Source of the DNA: Halodesulfovibrio sp.
GTDB taxonomy: Bacteria > Desulfobacterota > Desulfovibrionia > Desulfovibrionales > Desulfovibrionaceae
Direction: 5' to 3'
Assembly: GCF_025210605.1 (NCBI RefSeq)
Contig: NZ_JAOARI010000004.1
Coordinates: forward strand, 29,189-93,188
DNA: 64,000 nt
A program made the translations under genes and the position numbers. The notes under the pieces are model-generated. The model did not search any database and was not told the origin of the DNA. It saw only the letters and a list, made by a program, of their open reading frames with translations. Of this stretch, positions 17,662 to 27,821 are shown piece by piece. Position 1 is the first letter of the stretch, and the number at the start of each line of letters is the position of its first letter.

Positions 17662-19146
17662 CTACATTCCAGCATCTTCAGGAATTTCTTCTGAAGGGTA
17701 CAGGTCTGTAGGGTTTTCGAATCTGGTAAATTGACCGTTGTATTGCAGCTGCGCAGTGCCAACGGAACCGTTACGCTGTTTACCGATAATAATTTCCGCC
17801 GAGTGAATTTCTGCTCGGTCTTCTTTTTTATTATACACAGCGTCACGGTAGATGAACATAATGACGTCAGCATCCTGCTCAATCGCGCCGGATTCACGAA
17901 GGTCAGAAAGCATAGGACGTTTGTCTGCACGTTCTTCAACTTTACGGTTAAGCTGTGACAGCGCAACAACAGGAATATTCAGCTCTTTCGCAAGAGCTTT
18001 CAGGTTACGGGAAATGTCAGAAATTTCCAGTTCACGGGAGTCTGTTTTGCGGCTGGAACGCATGAGCTGCAAGTAGTCGACAACAACCATTCCAATATCT
18101 TTTTCTGCTTTGAGACGACGAGTACGCGCGCGCAGATCAAGTGTAGAAAGAGAAGGGGTGTCGTCAATAAATATCGGTGCCTTACCAAGAACATCTGCTG
18201 CGTAGTGCAAACGTCCCCAGTCATCATTATCAATACCGCGACCGGTTCTGAGCTTGTTCATGTCCACACCAGCTACAGTCGCCAGCATACGAACCATAAG
18301 CTGTTCCATACCCATTTCAAGTGAGTAGAATACAACAGGGGTATTGCCTTCCAACGCTGCGTTAACAGCAAGGTTCAGCGTAAACGCTGTTTTACCCATA
18401 GAAGGACGAGCCGCGATGATGATAAGGTCGGTCGGCTGCAAACCTGCGGTCATTTTGTCGAGGTTGTAAAAACCAGTAGTAACACCAGTTACAAGATCTT
18501 TACTGTCGATGCGGATAGAAAGCTGGTCGAACACTCTGTTGATGAGTGTTTTAGAGTCAATAAACGTTTGACCGGAGGTTCGCTCGGAAATTGCAAAAAT
18601 TGATTGTTCGGATTCATCCAGAAGCTTATCAACCTCTGTTCCTTGGTCATAACATTTTCCGATAATGTCAGAGCAAGATTCAATAAGGCTACGCTGTAAG
18701 GATTTATCACGCACGATTTTGGCGTAGTGTTCTGCGTTAGCAGCACTGATGATGGAGTTGACAAGTTCACCAATGTAAACTGCACCGCCAACCTGTTCAA
18801 GCAAGCTTTTATCACGCAGGTATTGACCGATAGTAACCGGGTCAACCGCGATGCTCTGCCTGTGCAGTTCCATCATGGCGCCAAAGAGAATTTTGTGGGC
18901 AGGGGCGTAGAAATCGTCTTCAGTAACGATGTCAACGAGGGTGTTTAAGGCGTCCGCACGCAAAAAAATACCCCCCAGTACAGCCTGTTCGGCTTCAATA
19001 CTGTGTGGGGGAACATTGCGCAGCAATTCGTCCGATACATTTTCGTATGCATCGGAAACCGAACCTTCGCCCTCATGGGCGAAGGTATCGGTGTGAAAGC
19101 TATTCTGCGGATTCTTCTGCGGATTCCACGGTGGATTCTGCGTCAT
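17662..19146 (-). CDS. dnaB: Replicative DNA helicase
   Basis: 494 aa. Contains PPHSIEAEQAVLGG, Walker A ARPSMGKTAF, VVDYLQLM and IIGKQRNG. The first ATG overlaps the rplI 3' end by 47 nt. Confidence 0.95.
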   Translation of the reverse strand: MTQNPPWNPQKNPQNSFHTDTFAHEGEGSVSDAYENVSDELLRNVPPHSIEAEQAVLGGIFLRADALNTLVDIVTEDDFYAPAHKILFGAMMELHRQSIAVDPVTIGQYLRDKSLLEQVGGAVYIGELVNSIISAANAEHYAKIVRDKSLQRSLIESCSDIIGKCYDQGTEVDKLLDESEQSIFAISERTSGQTFIDSKTLINRVFDQLSIRIDSKDLVTGVTTGFYNLDKMTAGLQPTDLIIIAARPSMGKTAFTLNLAVNAALEGNTPVVFYSLEMGMEQLMVRMLATVAGVDMNKLRTGRGIDNDDWGRLHYAADVLGKAPIFIDDTPSLSTLDLRARTRRLKAEKDIGMVVVDYLQLMRSSRKTDSRELEISDISRNLKALAKELNIPVVALSQLNRKVEERADKRPMLSDLRESGAIEQDADVIMFIYRDAVYNKKEDRAEIHSAEIIIGKQRNGSVGTAQLQYNGQFTRFENPTDLYPSEEIPEDAGM

Positions 19147-19624
19147 TTTCTTCTACAGGAGCTTCTTCTTCGATGATGCGGCCTTCAGCTTTAACTGCAA
19201 CCTTAACTTCAGCTACAACACCAGCGTGGAGACGTACACGTACAGTGTAATCGCCAAGAACGCGGATTGGAGCATCGAGGAGGATGCGGCGACGATCTAC
19301 ATTGAGATCGAGATCTGCAAGAGCATCAGCGATGTTGCTAGCGGTAACAGAACCGTAGAGCTTGTCGTTTTCACCAACACGAACTTCGATGATAACTTCA
19401 GCTGCTTCCAGTTTTTCTGCCAGAGACTGTGCTTCGCCACGTACTTTTTCCATCTTGTCAGTAAGTTTTTTACGCTCAAGCTCAAAAACTTTCATGTTAG
19501 ATGCAGTTGCAACCATAGCAAGACCCTGAGGTACGAGGTAGTTGCGACCGTAGCCAGCTTTAACTTCTACAATATCGCCAAGAACACCAAGGTTCTCTAC
19601 GTCAGCGCGGAGAATAAGTTTCAT
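19100..19624 (-). CDS. rplI: 50S ribosomal protein L9 with acidic C-terminal tail
   Basis: MKLILRADVENLGVLGDIVEVKAGYGRNYLVPQGLA. The tail reads EEEAPVEENDAESTVESAEESAE. Confidence 0.95.
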   Translation of the reverse strand: MKLILRADVENLGVLGDIVEVKAGYGRNYLVPQGLAMVATASNMKVFELERKKLTDKMEKVRGEAQSLAEKLEAAEVIIEVRVGENDKLYGSVTASNIADALADLDLNVDRRRILLDAPIRVLGDYTVRVRLHAGVVAEVKVAVKAEGRIIEEEAPVEENDAESTVESAEESAE

Positions 19625-19635
19625 GACATATCCTC

Positions 19636-19899
19636 CTATAATGTACTTTTCTTTTTCACTTCACTTGCGTGAGTGGAAGTGAACACGAGGAGTGCCATCT
19701 GACGGGAACGTTTGATCTCACGAGTGAGAGCACGCTGGTGGAAAGCACATGTGCCGGTGATACGACGAGCGATGATTTTACCACGTTCGGTGATGAAATC
19801 ACGGAGGATGTCCGGACGCTTGTAGTTCAACGGAAGATCTTTATCTGCACAGAAGCGGCAGAATTTACGGCGTGGAGTAAAACGTCTTTTAAAAGCCAT
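19636..19899 (-). CDS. rpsR: 30S ribosomal protein S18
   Basis: ATG at 19899, after GAGGAGG. Sequence begins [17 protein letters not shown]...[25 protein letters not shown]. Confidence 0.95.
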   Translation of the reverse strand: MAFKRRFTPRRKFCRFCADKDLPLNYKRPDILRDFITERGKIIARRITGTCAFHQRALTREIKRSRQMALLVFTSTHASEVKKKSTL

Positions 19900-19900
19900 C

Positions 19901-20194
19901 TTATTTTGCCTCCTCAAGCTTAACAGTTACGTACTTGAAGATACCATCTGTAATACGGATGATACGCTCAAGTTCGGCAACAGCGGTGCCAGGAGCTTCA
20001 AACTCAAGACGAACGTAGTAGCCGCGCATAAATTTCTGTACTGGGTATGCGAGGTCACGCATGCCCCAGTGGTCAGCTTCGAGTACGTTACCTTCAACGC
20101 GCTCGATAACACCTGTAAGGTTGCTCAGCAGTTCTTCGCGAGCATCACTTGCTAACTCTGGGGAGAGAAGCAAAAGTGTTTCGAATTTTCTCAT
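19901..20194 (-). CDS. rpsF: 30S ribosomal protein S6
   Basis: ATG at 20194, after AAGGAGA. Sequence begins [14 protein letters not shown]...[11 protein letters not shown]. Confidence 0.95.
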   Translation of the reverse strand: MRKFETLLLLSPELASDAREELLSNLTGVIERVEGNVLEADHWGMRDLAYPVQKFMRGYYVRLEFEAPGTAVAELERIIRITDGIFKYVTVKLEEAK

Positions 20195-20589
20195 TCCAAT
20201 CTCCTTATGGACTGTTGGCCCGCCCATCTATAAAAAGGGGAGCAAGGCAGAACGAGGGTTAATAAGGCAACAGAAAAATTCTGTCAACATAATTATGTGG
20301 AAGAGACGATAGCAGATGGAAAAAAAAATGTCATCACATGGAAATGAGAAAAAGTCTTAGATGGAATTTGCAGTGCTATCGTTGTGAACATGGGGCGTGA
20401 ACATGTTCTGATTTATACATAAATGGTACGAGTCAAAATTGACGATGTATGATATATCGGGGTATGTAGCATAGTTTATAGACTTTCCCTGCATTTGAAG
20501 CTGTGTTATAGCTTCTATGCTGTTGTATCTAGTATAATTTAATGTTGAAACGAGTTCTGGTTTCTATCTGAAATCGTTGGGAAAAATGT

Positions 20590-22929
20590 ATGTTAGTATC
20601 GTTCCGCAAAGCACTTGTGGTCTTTTATGTGTGTGCTTTCACTCTGTTGACTGTCACTATCGGTGAGAGTGCAACACTTACTGCGACAAATGATGATCAG
20701 GAAGCTGTTGAATGGCAGTTGTCCGCTCAGAAGGTATCATCTCTTAATGATGCGGAGGTTATTGAAGCTGAGGGGGATGTTGTTCTTAAACAGGGTAAAG
20801 ATTATCTGAAAGCTGATTTTGCCCGATACTATGCAGCAACAAACTGGGTATATTTATCCGGTAATGTTCAAGTATTTATGAACAACGATAACCTGAGCGC
20901 CAGTTCCGCTGAATTCGACCTTGGTAATAAGGTCGGGTGGATGAAAGATGGTAAAGTTTTCGTCGCAGGGCCGCATATTTACTTCACCGGCGAGCGAATT
21001 CAGAAAAACTGGGGTGATTCGTACACCTTTACTAATGCTAAAATTACGACCTGTGACGGTGACAGACCGGCGTGGTCGTTAAATACAACAAAAGCGACTC
21101 TGGAGCTGGAAGGCTACGCTGTAATTAAGGGCGCTGATGTTGAAATTAAAGATTATCCAATCTTTGGTGTTCCTTATTTTGTTCTTCCAATTAAAACCCG
21201 CCGTGAATCCGGTTTTCTTCGTCCGGAATTCGGTACCACAAACCGCTTAGGTTTCTGGGTAGCCCAGCCGTACTATTGGGCTATCGATCAAGAACGGGAT
21301 ATGACGTTTTATGCTCAGTATATGAGTAAACGCGGCTTTATGCCGGGACTTGAATACCGTTCCAGTACTTCAAAAGATAACAAAGTGTGGGGACGTGTTG
21401 ATTGGCTGCACGATGCAGAAACAGTGAATACTATCGCTGAATCACGAGATTTCGGATACGACAACCTGTTACGTACCAATCAAAACCGCTACTGGGCGCG
21501 TGGTATGGTTAACGGTGAGTTCCCTGACCCGCGCTGGAAATTTAAAGCTGATGTCGATTATGTATCCGATCAGGATATGCTGAGAGAATTTAACAGAACA
21601 ATGGCGGGCTTTGATGAATCTCAGGATGAATTAGAAGATCGTTTTGGACGTTCTCTTAATGATGTTAGTGACCCTATTCGTACAACACGTTTGCTCTTTA
21701 CCCGCGATTGGAATCGATTCGGCGCAGCATTGCTTGGTGAATACAATCAGAATTCTGCGTTAGGGCACGGTAATGCGGACTCTTCAACAGATACCACTCT
21801 TCAGCGCTTGCCTGAGTTTGATGCATATCTTTTCCGCAACAGAATTCCGGGGCTTGAACAACTTCCATTTACGCTGACTTCTGATTTCCAGTCTGTGCAG
21901 TTTGCGCGTCAGAAGGGGACTGATGGTAACCGAATTGACTTTTTGCCAACGCTCGGTCTGCCGCTTGTAACGTCCTACGGTACTATTACTCCAGAAGTCG
22001 GTATGCGTCAGCTTTGGTACAACACCACTGACCGTGATCCATTGCCAACTGCAACAGGTGATGACAGCAGAGATTCCCGTACGCTCTTTAGATTCGGCGT
22101 ATCTGGGTATTCTGAAGTTGCACGAGTGTATAACTACACCCCGACACTTACCCCGACACAGGAAAATGCAGGCAAAACAGAACTGCTTGGACTCAAGCAC
22201 GCAATTCAGCCGCGTTTCCAGTACTTGCATGCCTCTGGTAGCGGATTGAGCAATACACCTATCTACGATGATATTGACCGCACAACTGATGAAGAAGAAC
22301 TGACTGTTTCTATTGTAAACTTGATTACGAAAAAACAGGCAACGGTTGTTTCTGGCGATAAAGAAAAAGATGAGTTGCCGTCTATTGCAACCTCATATGG
22401 TGAATTGTTGTGGTTCCGCATGCTTCAGGGGTACGATTTTGAAGAAGGCAAGCGTGATGAAGATATTCCTGTAAGTGGTAGATTGTATGAACGCAGACCG
22501 TGGGGCGATCTTGAAGCAGAGCTTCGCTTGTACCCGTGGAGTAATGTTTGGGTTAGCTCCAGAACATTCTTTTCATACTACGACCACCAGATTAATCGTC
22601 ATGACCATACCATTACCGTATCAGAACCTTCTTACGGTTTATTCTCAACAGGTGTAGACTTCAGACGTAATCTTAATGAAGACATCACCTATGCAGGAAG
22701 TAACTTAACAAACTTGAATGTTTGGAAAAATAGGCTTGAAATTAACTACTTTGATCCGTTCGCAGTAGGTGCGTACTACGAATATGATTTCAACAAAAAA
22801 GAAACATTTGAGCAGAGTTACTTTTTGACCTATAACCATCAATGTTTTAGATTGATTTTCAAAGCAAAGTTTACACCGTTTGAAGATAGCTATAATATGT
22901 ATCTAGAACTGCCGGGACTGACTTTCTAA
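20590..22929 (+). CDS. lptD: LPS-assembly outer-membrane protein LptD (OstA family)
   Basis: 779 aa with a signal peptide, an N-terminal OstA-like region (EAEGDVVLKQGKDYLKADFARYY...LSGNV), a large beta-barrel-type C-terminus and a terminal aromatic residue. Confidence 0.8.
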   Translation: MLVSFRKALVVFYVCAFTLLTVTIGESATLTATNDDQEAVEWQLSAQKVSSLNDAEVIEAEGDVVLKQGKDYLKADFARYYAATNWVYLSGNVQVFMNNDNLSASSAEFDLGNKVGWMKDGKVFVAGPHIYFTGERIQKNWGDSYTFTNAKITTCDGDRPAWSLNTTKATLELEGYAVIKGADVEIKDYPIFGVPYFVLPIKTRRESGFLRPEFGTTNRLGFWVAQPYYWAIDQERDMTFYAQYMSKRGFMPGLEYRSSTSKDNKVWGRVDWLHDAETVNTIAESRDFGYDNLLRTNQNRYWARGMVNGEFPDPRWKFKADVDYVSDQDMLREFNRTMAGFDESQDELEDRFGRSLNDVSDPIRTTRLLFTRDWNRFGAALLGEYNQNSALGHGNADSSTDTTLQRLPEFDAYLFRNRIPGLEQLPFTLTSDFQSVQFARQKGTDGNRIDFLPTLGLPLVTSYGTITPEVGMRQLWYNTTDRDPLPTATGDDSRDSRTLFRFGVSGYSEVARVYNYTPTLTPTQENAGKTELLGLKHAIQPRFQYLHASGSGLSNTPIYDDIDRTTDEEELTVSIVNLITKKQATVVSGDKEKDELPSIATSYGELLWFRMLQGYDFEEGKRDEDIPVSGRLYERRPWGDLEAELRLYPWSNVWVSSRTFFSYYDHQINRHDHTITVSEPSYGLFSTGVDFRRNLNEDITYAGSNLTNLNVWKNRLEINYFDPFAVGAYYEYDFNKKETFEQSYFLTYNHQCFRLIFKAKFTPFEDSYNMYLELPGLTF

Positions 22930-22944
22930 GCAGTGAAGCTTAAT

Positions 22945-22977
22945 AAAGCGTCCTTCGAAGGAAGGGCGCTTTTTTTG
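22945..22977 (+). terminator. Intrinsic terminator after lptD
   Basis: AGCGTCCTTC-GAAG-GAAGGGCGCT followed by TTTTTT. Confidence 0.8.
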
Positions 22978-23144
22978 TGTCCGAATATTTTAGAGAACAT
23001 TAGCCAGATGACAATCTGGTTGTTGATTGCTGTTAATCATAAGTGTATTACTGCTAAATTTTGCATACTTAATCTGTATTGTGCGTGCGGAAAATTGGAG
23101 TCGAAAGCTAAGATTTTTTGTGCGGTCAGTATCAGGAGGATAGT

Positions 23145-23903
23145 ATGCGAAGGATACTGTGCTATGTGATGGCGATTTGTTGTATGATGAGTCTCACACT
23201 AAACGAAGCGAGGGCGAATATGCGCGATAGAACTCCGGAAAGCGCGCTCAAAGCCTTGCAAGAAGGGAACAAGCGGTTCGTTGCAAACGAATCGTCACAC
23301 CCGCGCTCGAGCTATGAGCAGACAATTATGGCAAAGGAACTCGACCAGAATTTCCATGCAATTGCGACAGTTGTTGCCTGTTCAGACTCCCGCGTACCTG
23401 TTGAACGAATCTTTGACGTAGGTATTATGGATACATTTGTTGTCCGTTCTGCTGGCAACGTCTTGGGTGTAGAGCAAACAGGTTCTGTAGAGTACGGTGT
23501 TGGAGTGGTGAAAACTCCATTGCTGGTTATTTTAGGACACACCAACTGTGGTGCGGTACAGGCAACAATCACCAAATTGTACGGCAAAGATGTTCCACAG
23601 ACTCCGAGTATTGATGCGATCCTTACAAGGATCAAACCTGCCGTGGTTAAAGTACTTAATCAAGAGGAAGAGCTGAAAGAACAGTCTGTTCTAGATGCTT
23701 CTATTGAACAGAATATTTGGCAAAGCCTGCATGATTTGTTTATGCAGAGCGAACTTATCCGTACAACCTACAGTGCGGGGAATGTCAAAATTGCTGGTGG
23801 CATATACGATTTGCACACAGGCACTGTTCAGTGGCTTGATGGCGATAATGTAGCAACGGTTTATGCGGATGCTTTATGTGATTTGGAGCAGAAGCCGAAA
23901 TAA
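23145..23903 (+). CDS. Beta-class carbonic anhydrase with signal peptide
   Basis: ATG at 23145, after AGGAGG. Signal peptide MRRILCYVMAICCMMSLTLNEARA. Zinc ligands CSDSR and HTNCGAV. Confidence 0.9.
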   Translation: MRRILCYVMAICCMMSLTLNEARANMRDRTPESALKALQEGNKRFVANESSHPRSSYEQTIMAKELDQNFHAIATVVACSDSRVPVERIFDVGIMDTFVVRSAGNVLGVEQTGSVEYGVGVVKTPLLVILGHTNCGAVQATITKLYGKDVPQTPSIDAILTRIKPAVVKVLNQEEELKEQSVLDASIEQNIWQSLHDLFMQSELIRTTYSAGNVKIAGGIYDLHTGTVQWLDGDNVATVYADALCDLEQKPK

Positions 23904-23945
23904 CCGTGAGTGTCACGGTTTGGTACTGTTCGGGTATCTTGTATG

Positions 23946-23978
23946 TAAAAAAATCCGCCTTTGGCGGATTTTTTTTGT
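23946..23978 (+). terminator. Intrinsic terminator after the carbonic anhydrase gene
   Basis: AAAAAAATCCGCC-TTT-GGCGGATTTTTTTT. Confidence 0.85.
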
Positions 23979-24434
23979 TGTTAGAAAACTAATTACAAAA
24001 AAGTTAAAAATGTAGAATTTTCTTTTGCTGGCACTTTATTTTAATAAATCCGGTATGTTATGGTGTGGTTGTGTGGTGGGGGTGATATTGTTCTGATTGT
24101 TCTAGATGAGATAATCAGGGGTGGCAGGTGTTGACTATTAGGAAAAGATAAGGCTAAACATAGATCACAGCAGAAATGACATTTTTGAATAAAATGGATT
24201 CCACATTTTTATTTCACGATGTTGTTTTAACAAATTTGTTTGTCAGTAGTTGTGGTTCCTTATCAACATAAGGTTCACGCTTGTTTTCGGCAATAACGGA
24301 TGCAGGAAACATACACGACAAGCGTATACGAATTCTATTTATGCAGATTCAGCAGGTCTGCATGAGTACCAATTCATGCCCATGCAAGGGGCTGAAAGCT
24401 AACTCTTCTCGCAACGTAGAGTGAGCCAATGGGG

Positions 24435-24471
24435 GAGACCGGTGCACCATCACCGGTCTCATTCGTATTTT
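24435..24471 (+). terminator. Orphan plus-strand intrinsic terminator with no upstream ORF
   Basis: GAGACCGGTG-CACCAT-CACCGGTCTC followed by ATTCGTATTTT. On the minus strand the hairpin is followed by CCCCC, so it only works on the plus strand. Confidence 0.55.
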
Positions 24472-24570
24472 AGGGGTATATATTGATACTGCGTGTGTCT
24501 TGGGAGAAACGCTACTAGAGTGTTCAAGACGGTGGAGTATCTACGATATTTTTGTAGGTTGCTGCATGTG

Positions 24571-24610
24571 TAAAGGCGCCGTCGGACGGATGAACCGACG
24601 GCGCCTTTAC
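24571..24610 (-). terminator. 15-bp GC-rich hairpin 40 nt downstream of sdaA (terminator or 3'-end stabiliser)
   Basis: TAAAGGCGCCGTCGG-(10 nt)-CCGACGGCGCCTTTA is a perfect stem. There is no clean U-tract on the minus strand. Confidence 0.5.
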
Positions 24611-24649
24611 GGTGCTCTATATGCCTTAGGTTGAACCTAAGAATTGGGT

Positions 24650-25888
24650 CTATGATGAACCACAGGCAGTACAGCCGCCACAGGATTTCCTGTCGGCGTA
24701 TGCGACTGCAAGACCGCCGGTGGAAGTTTCGCGATACAGGCTTGGCAGATCATGACCGGTTTTAGTCATTACTGCGACGACTTCATCGAACGGAATGTGA
24801 TGGGTTCCGTCTGAGAAGAGTGTCATCTCCGCAAGAGAAAGTGCCCGGGTTGCCGCACAGGCGTTTCTTTCAATACACGGAATTTGCACCAGCCCGTCTA
24901 CTGGATCGCATGTTAGTCCTAAATGATGTTCAAGCCCCATTTCTGCGGCGTATTCGATTTGTTTAATGGAACCACCAAGCAGCTGGGTTGCAGCAGCGGC
25001 AGCCATGGAGCAGGCTGAACCTACTTCGCCCTGACAACCTACTTCAGCGCCTGAAATAGAACCATTGTGTTTAATCACATTGCCGAAAAGACCGGCTGTA
25101 GCAAGTGCGCGGAGGATATCTGTCTCTGTTGCATCATGCTGCTCTTGCAGATAGCGTAAGACTGCGGGAACAATACCGCAGGAACCGCATGTAGGTGCAG
25201 TAACAATGGTTCCACCACCTGCATTTTCTTCTGACACAGCAAGGGCATAGGCGGTTATGAGTCCTGTTTGTTGAAGGACTTTTCCAGCGAGCTTGCTCTT
25301 TTTAAGGTAGTTCCATGCCTGACGGCGCAGACCGATGGAGCCAGGAAGCACACCCTGATTGGCAAGCCCGTTTTCAATAGAAGCAGACATTACTTCCCAA
25401 ACTTCTTTCAGGAAATCCCAAATCTGCTTTCCTTCGCAACGTTCTACATATTCCCAGTAGGTAAGACCTGAATCCTCACAGTGTTTCATGATGGATGCCA
25501 TTGTTGTCAGGTCGTACACTGGTGCAGTTGTTTCGCCTTCAGCACCCGGTTCTCGTAGAGCGCCGCCGCCTACGGAGTAAACAGTATATTCTGCTGTTAC
25601 GTTACCGCCTGCATCCAGAGCCTCAAAGACCATACCGTTCGGATGTTCAGGAAGTTTATCGTCTGGACGCCATACAATTTCTGTACGTTCTTCACCAAGA
25701 ACCTGAAGGATCGCCCAATCTGTAAGGTGCCCTTTGCCCGTGGCACCCATACTTTCAAACAGATGAACCCTGTAGCTTGCAGCTTGTGGATGGGCGGCTA
25801 AAAAGCGCTCCGCAGCAAACTTTGGTCCCATGGTGTGGGAGGAAGATGGTCCAAGACCTATGCGATATAATTCTTTGATGCTCTGCAT
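24650..25888 (-). CDS. sdaA: L-serine ammonia-lyase (Fe-S dependent, single-chain)
   Basis: 412 aa. Contains YRIGLGPSSSHTMGP, TAPTCGSCGIVPAV, GAEVGCQGEVGSACSMAAA and LTCDPV. RBS AAGGAG. It starts 12 nt after the dctM stop. Confidence 0.9.
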   Translation of the reverse strand: MQSIKELYRIGLGPSSSHTMGPKFAAERFLAAHPQAASYRVHLFESMGATGKGHLTDWAILQVLGEERTEIVWRPDDKLPEHPNGMVFEALDAGGNVTAEYTVYSVGGGALREPGAEGETTAPVYDLTTMASIMKHCEDSGLTYWEYVERCEGKQIWDFLKEVWEVMSASIENGLANQGVLPGSIGLRRQAWNYLKKSKLAGKVLQQTGLITAYALAVSEENAGGGTIVTAPTCGSCGIVPAVLRYLQEQHDATETDILRALATAGLFGNVIKHNGSISGAEVGCQGEVGSACSMAAAAATQLLGGSIKQIEYAAEMGLEHHLGLTCDPVDGLVQIPCIERNACAATRALSLAEMTLFSDGTHHIPFDEVVAVMTKTGHDLPSLYRETSTGGLAVAYADRKSCGGCTACGSS

Positions 25889-25900
25889 GAGGACAACTCC

Positions 25901-27202
25901 TTAACCCATTGCGAGCTTAACAAGCCACAATGATACTTCAGGAATGTAAGTTGTAATGAGAAGTGTTGGTAACCATGCAAACAGAATCAGGATAATAGTC
26001 GGTTTGAGCATGGTATTTACACGCGCACCGGAGATTCGACCGGAAAGGTACAGCAGCGGTGCTGTCGGCGGCGTTACGTTACCCATACCAAGGTTTACAC
26101 CCATGATAGCTGCAAAGTGAATTGGGTCAACGCCAAGCTGTGTTACCAGCGGCAGCAGCAGTGGTGTGCCAAGCAGTACGCCGGATACGTCATCCATGAG
26201 CATACCCATAATGAGCATGAACACGTTAATCATCATGAGGATCACATATTTATTTTCAGATACGGATGTCAAAACAGCCATTACCTGAGATGGAAGATCT
26301 TCCATAATATACAGGCGGGAGAGGATCATAACCGCAAAGGTCATAGCCATAATAACGCCTGTGGTGGTTGCAGACTCAATAAGGGTTTTCATCAGATCGC
26401 GTGCTTTAAGACCGCGGTAGACGAACAACGCAACCGGAATAGCATACAATACAGCAGCAGCGGCAGCTTCTGTCGGAGTCATAATACCACCGTAAATACC
26501 GCCAAGGATAATTACAGGCATCATAAGTGCTGGAGAAGCTTTAGCACCTTTTTTTACAAACAGTTTGCTTGTAGTGGCAAAGTCGCCGTGGTCTGCAACT
26601 TGAATATTTTTGTTGTTACGCAGCATGTACAAGTTAACAAGGCTGAGCAACGTTGTAAGAATAACACCCGGAACAAATGCTGCGAGGAAACAAGCAAGTA
26701 CGGACTGGTTACCCATCCATGCATACAGAATCATAAGCATGGAAGGTGGAATGAGGATACCAAGTACGCCGGAGCTTGCGAGGAGCGCCGCAGCATGTCC
26801 GGTAGGGTAGCCTGCGCGTTTCAGTTTCGGCATCATGATAGAGCCGATACAGGATACGGTTGCGGAAGAAGAACCGGATACTGCACCGAAAATAGCGCAG
26901 GTGATAACACAGACCACACCGAGTCCGCCGCGGATACGTCCGGCAATAACATCAACTACGTCAATGAGCTTATCGCCGATGCCCCCTTTGTCCATAACAC
27001 CACCCGCCATGATGAAGAGCGGAATAGTGAGAAGAACAACTGAGTTCATTTTTGCAAAGCCGTATGGCAGCAGGAAACTAGGGTCATAGCCACCCTGAAA
27101 AATAAGGTAGGTAGCAGAACTGAAGAACGCAAACGGGATTGGCACACCGATAAAGAGTGTTACGACCAGAATGCCGATTGCAATTGCGATTGTTATAGAC
27201 AT
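25901..27202 (-). CDS. dctM: TRAP transporter large permease
   Basis: 433-aa polytopic protein with typical DctM composition and length. It abuts dctQ. Confidence 0.9.
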   Translation of the reverse strand: MSITIAIAIGILVVTLFIGVPIPFAFFSSATYLIFQGGYDPSFLLPYGFAKMNSVVLLTIPLFIMAGGVMDKGGIGDKLIDVVDVIAGRIRGGLGVVCVITCAIFGAVSGSSSATVSCIGSIMMPKLKRAGYPTGHAAALLASSGVLGILIPPSMLMILYAWMGNQSVLACFLAAFVPGVILTTLLSLVNLYMLRNNKNIQVADHGDFATTSKLFVKKGAKASPALMMPVIILGGIYGGIMTPTEAAAAAVLYAIPVALFVYRGLKARDLMKTLIESATTTGVIMAMTFAVMILSRLYIMEDLPSQVMAVLTSVSENKYVILMMINVFMLIMGMLMDDVSGVLLGTPLLLPLVTQLGVDPIHFAAIMGVNLGMGNVTPPTAPLLYLSGRISGARVNTMLKPTIILILFAWLPTLLITTYIPEVSLWLVKLAMG

Positions 27203-27736
27203 TTAAAAATCCCCCGTGCAGCCGAACTTCTCGCCTTTAATGAAAGCGATAGCGTCCTGTACAAAATATGTGACGTGGTACAAAGACATGAGAACAAAAC
27301 CCAGACCGACTGCTGCTTGCGGGATGAGCATAGGCAGGCGGAATACAGGGGATTTCGGATTCATAATCAACGCCCATGATACAAACTGTAATGCCCAGTA
27401 GGTAAACAGCACACAGATGGCACAGGTGATTGCGTCTTTTACGAGAAGAACAGCGCCTCGGATACGGGCATTTTTAATGTAGCAGGAGAGCAGGTCTGCT
27501 GAAATTTGGCTTTTTTCGCGGCTTCCCTGTGCTGCCCCCATAAAGTAGAGCCAGAAAGCCAGCATGGAAATAAGTTCTTCTGAACCGTAAAAGTCTGATC
27601 CGAAAACGTAGCGGATGATGATGGTGTAGCAAATCATGCCAACAATCAGAATGCTGGTAGTTGCCATGACAGCCTTTTGGAAAAAGCCGAGTCCTTTCCA
27701 CGGAATGCTCAGCGCATTTTGTAGAGATTTATTCAT
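27203..27736 (-). CDS. dctQ: TRAP transporter small permease
   Basis: 177 aa with 4 TM helices. It lies between dctP and dctM. Confidence 0.85.
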   Translation of the reverse strand: MNKSLQNALSIPWKGLGFFQKAVMATTSILIVGMICYTIIIRYVFGSDFYGSEELISMLAFWLYFMGAAQGSREKSQISADLLSCYIKNARIRGAVLLVKDAITCAICVLFTYWALQFVSWALIMNPKSPVFRLPMLIPQAAVGLGFVLMSLYHVTYFVQDAIAFIKGEKFGCTGDF

Positions 27737-27821
27737 CTTGTGTGTCCCTTGAACTTCTCAGAAAAATAGGCGGTGCGGCATGCCGCACCGCCGTGTAAGT
27801 TTAGAACGTAGTTGGTATTAC

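Noticed and set aside
24386-24400. GGGGCTGAAAGC resembling the 5' end of tmRNA
   Set aside because: No tRNA-like 3' end (T-arm GGTTCGA.. plus CCA context), no tag reading frame and no pseudoknot pattern follow. The similarity is limited to 8 nt.
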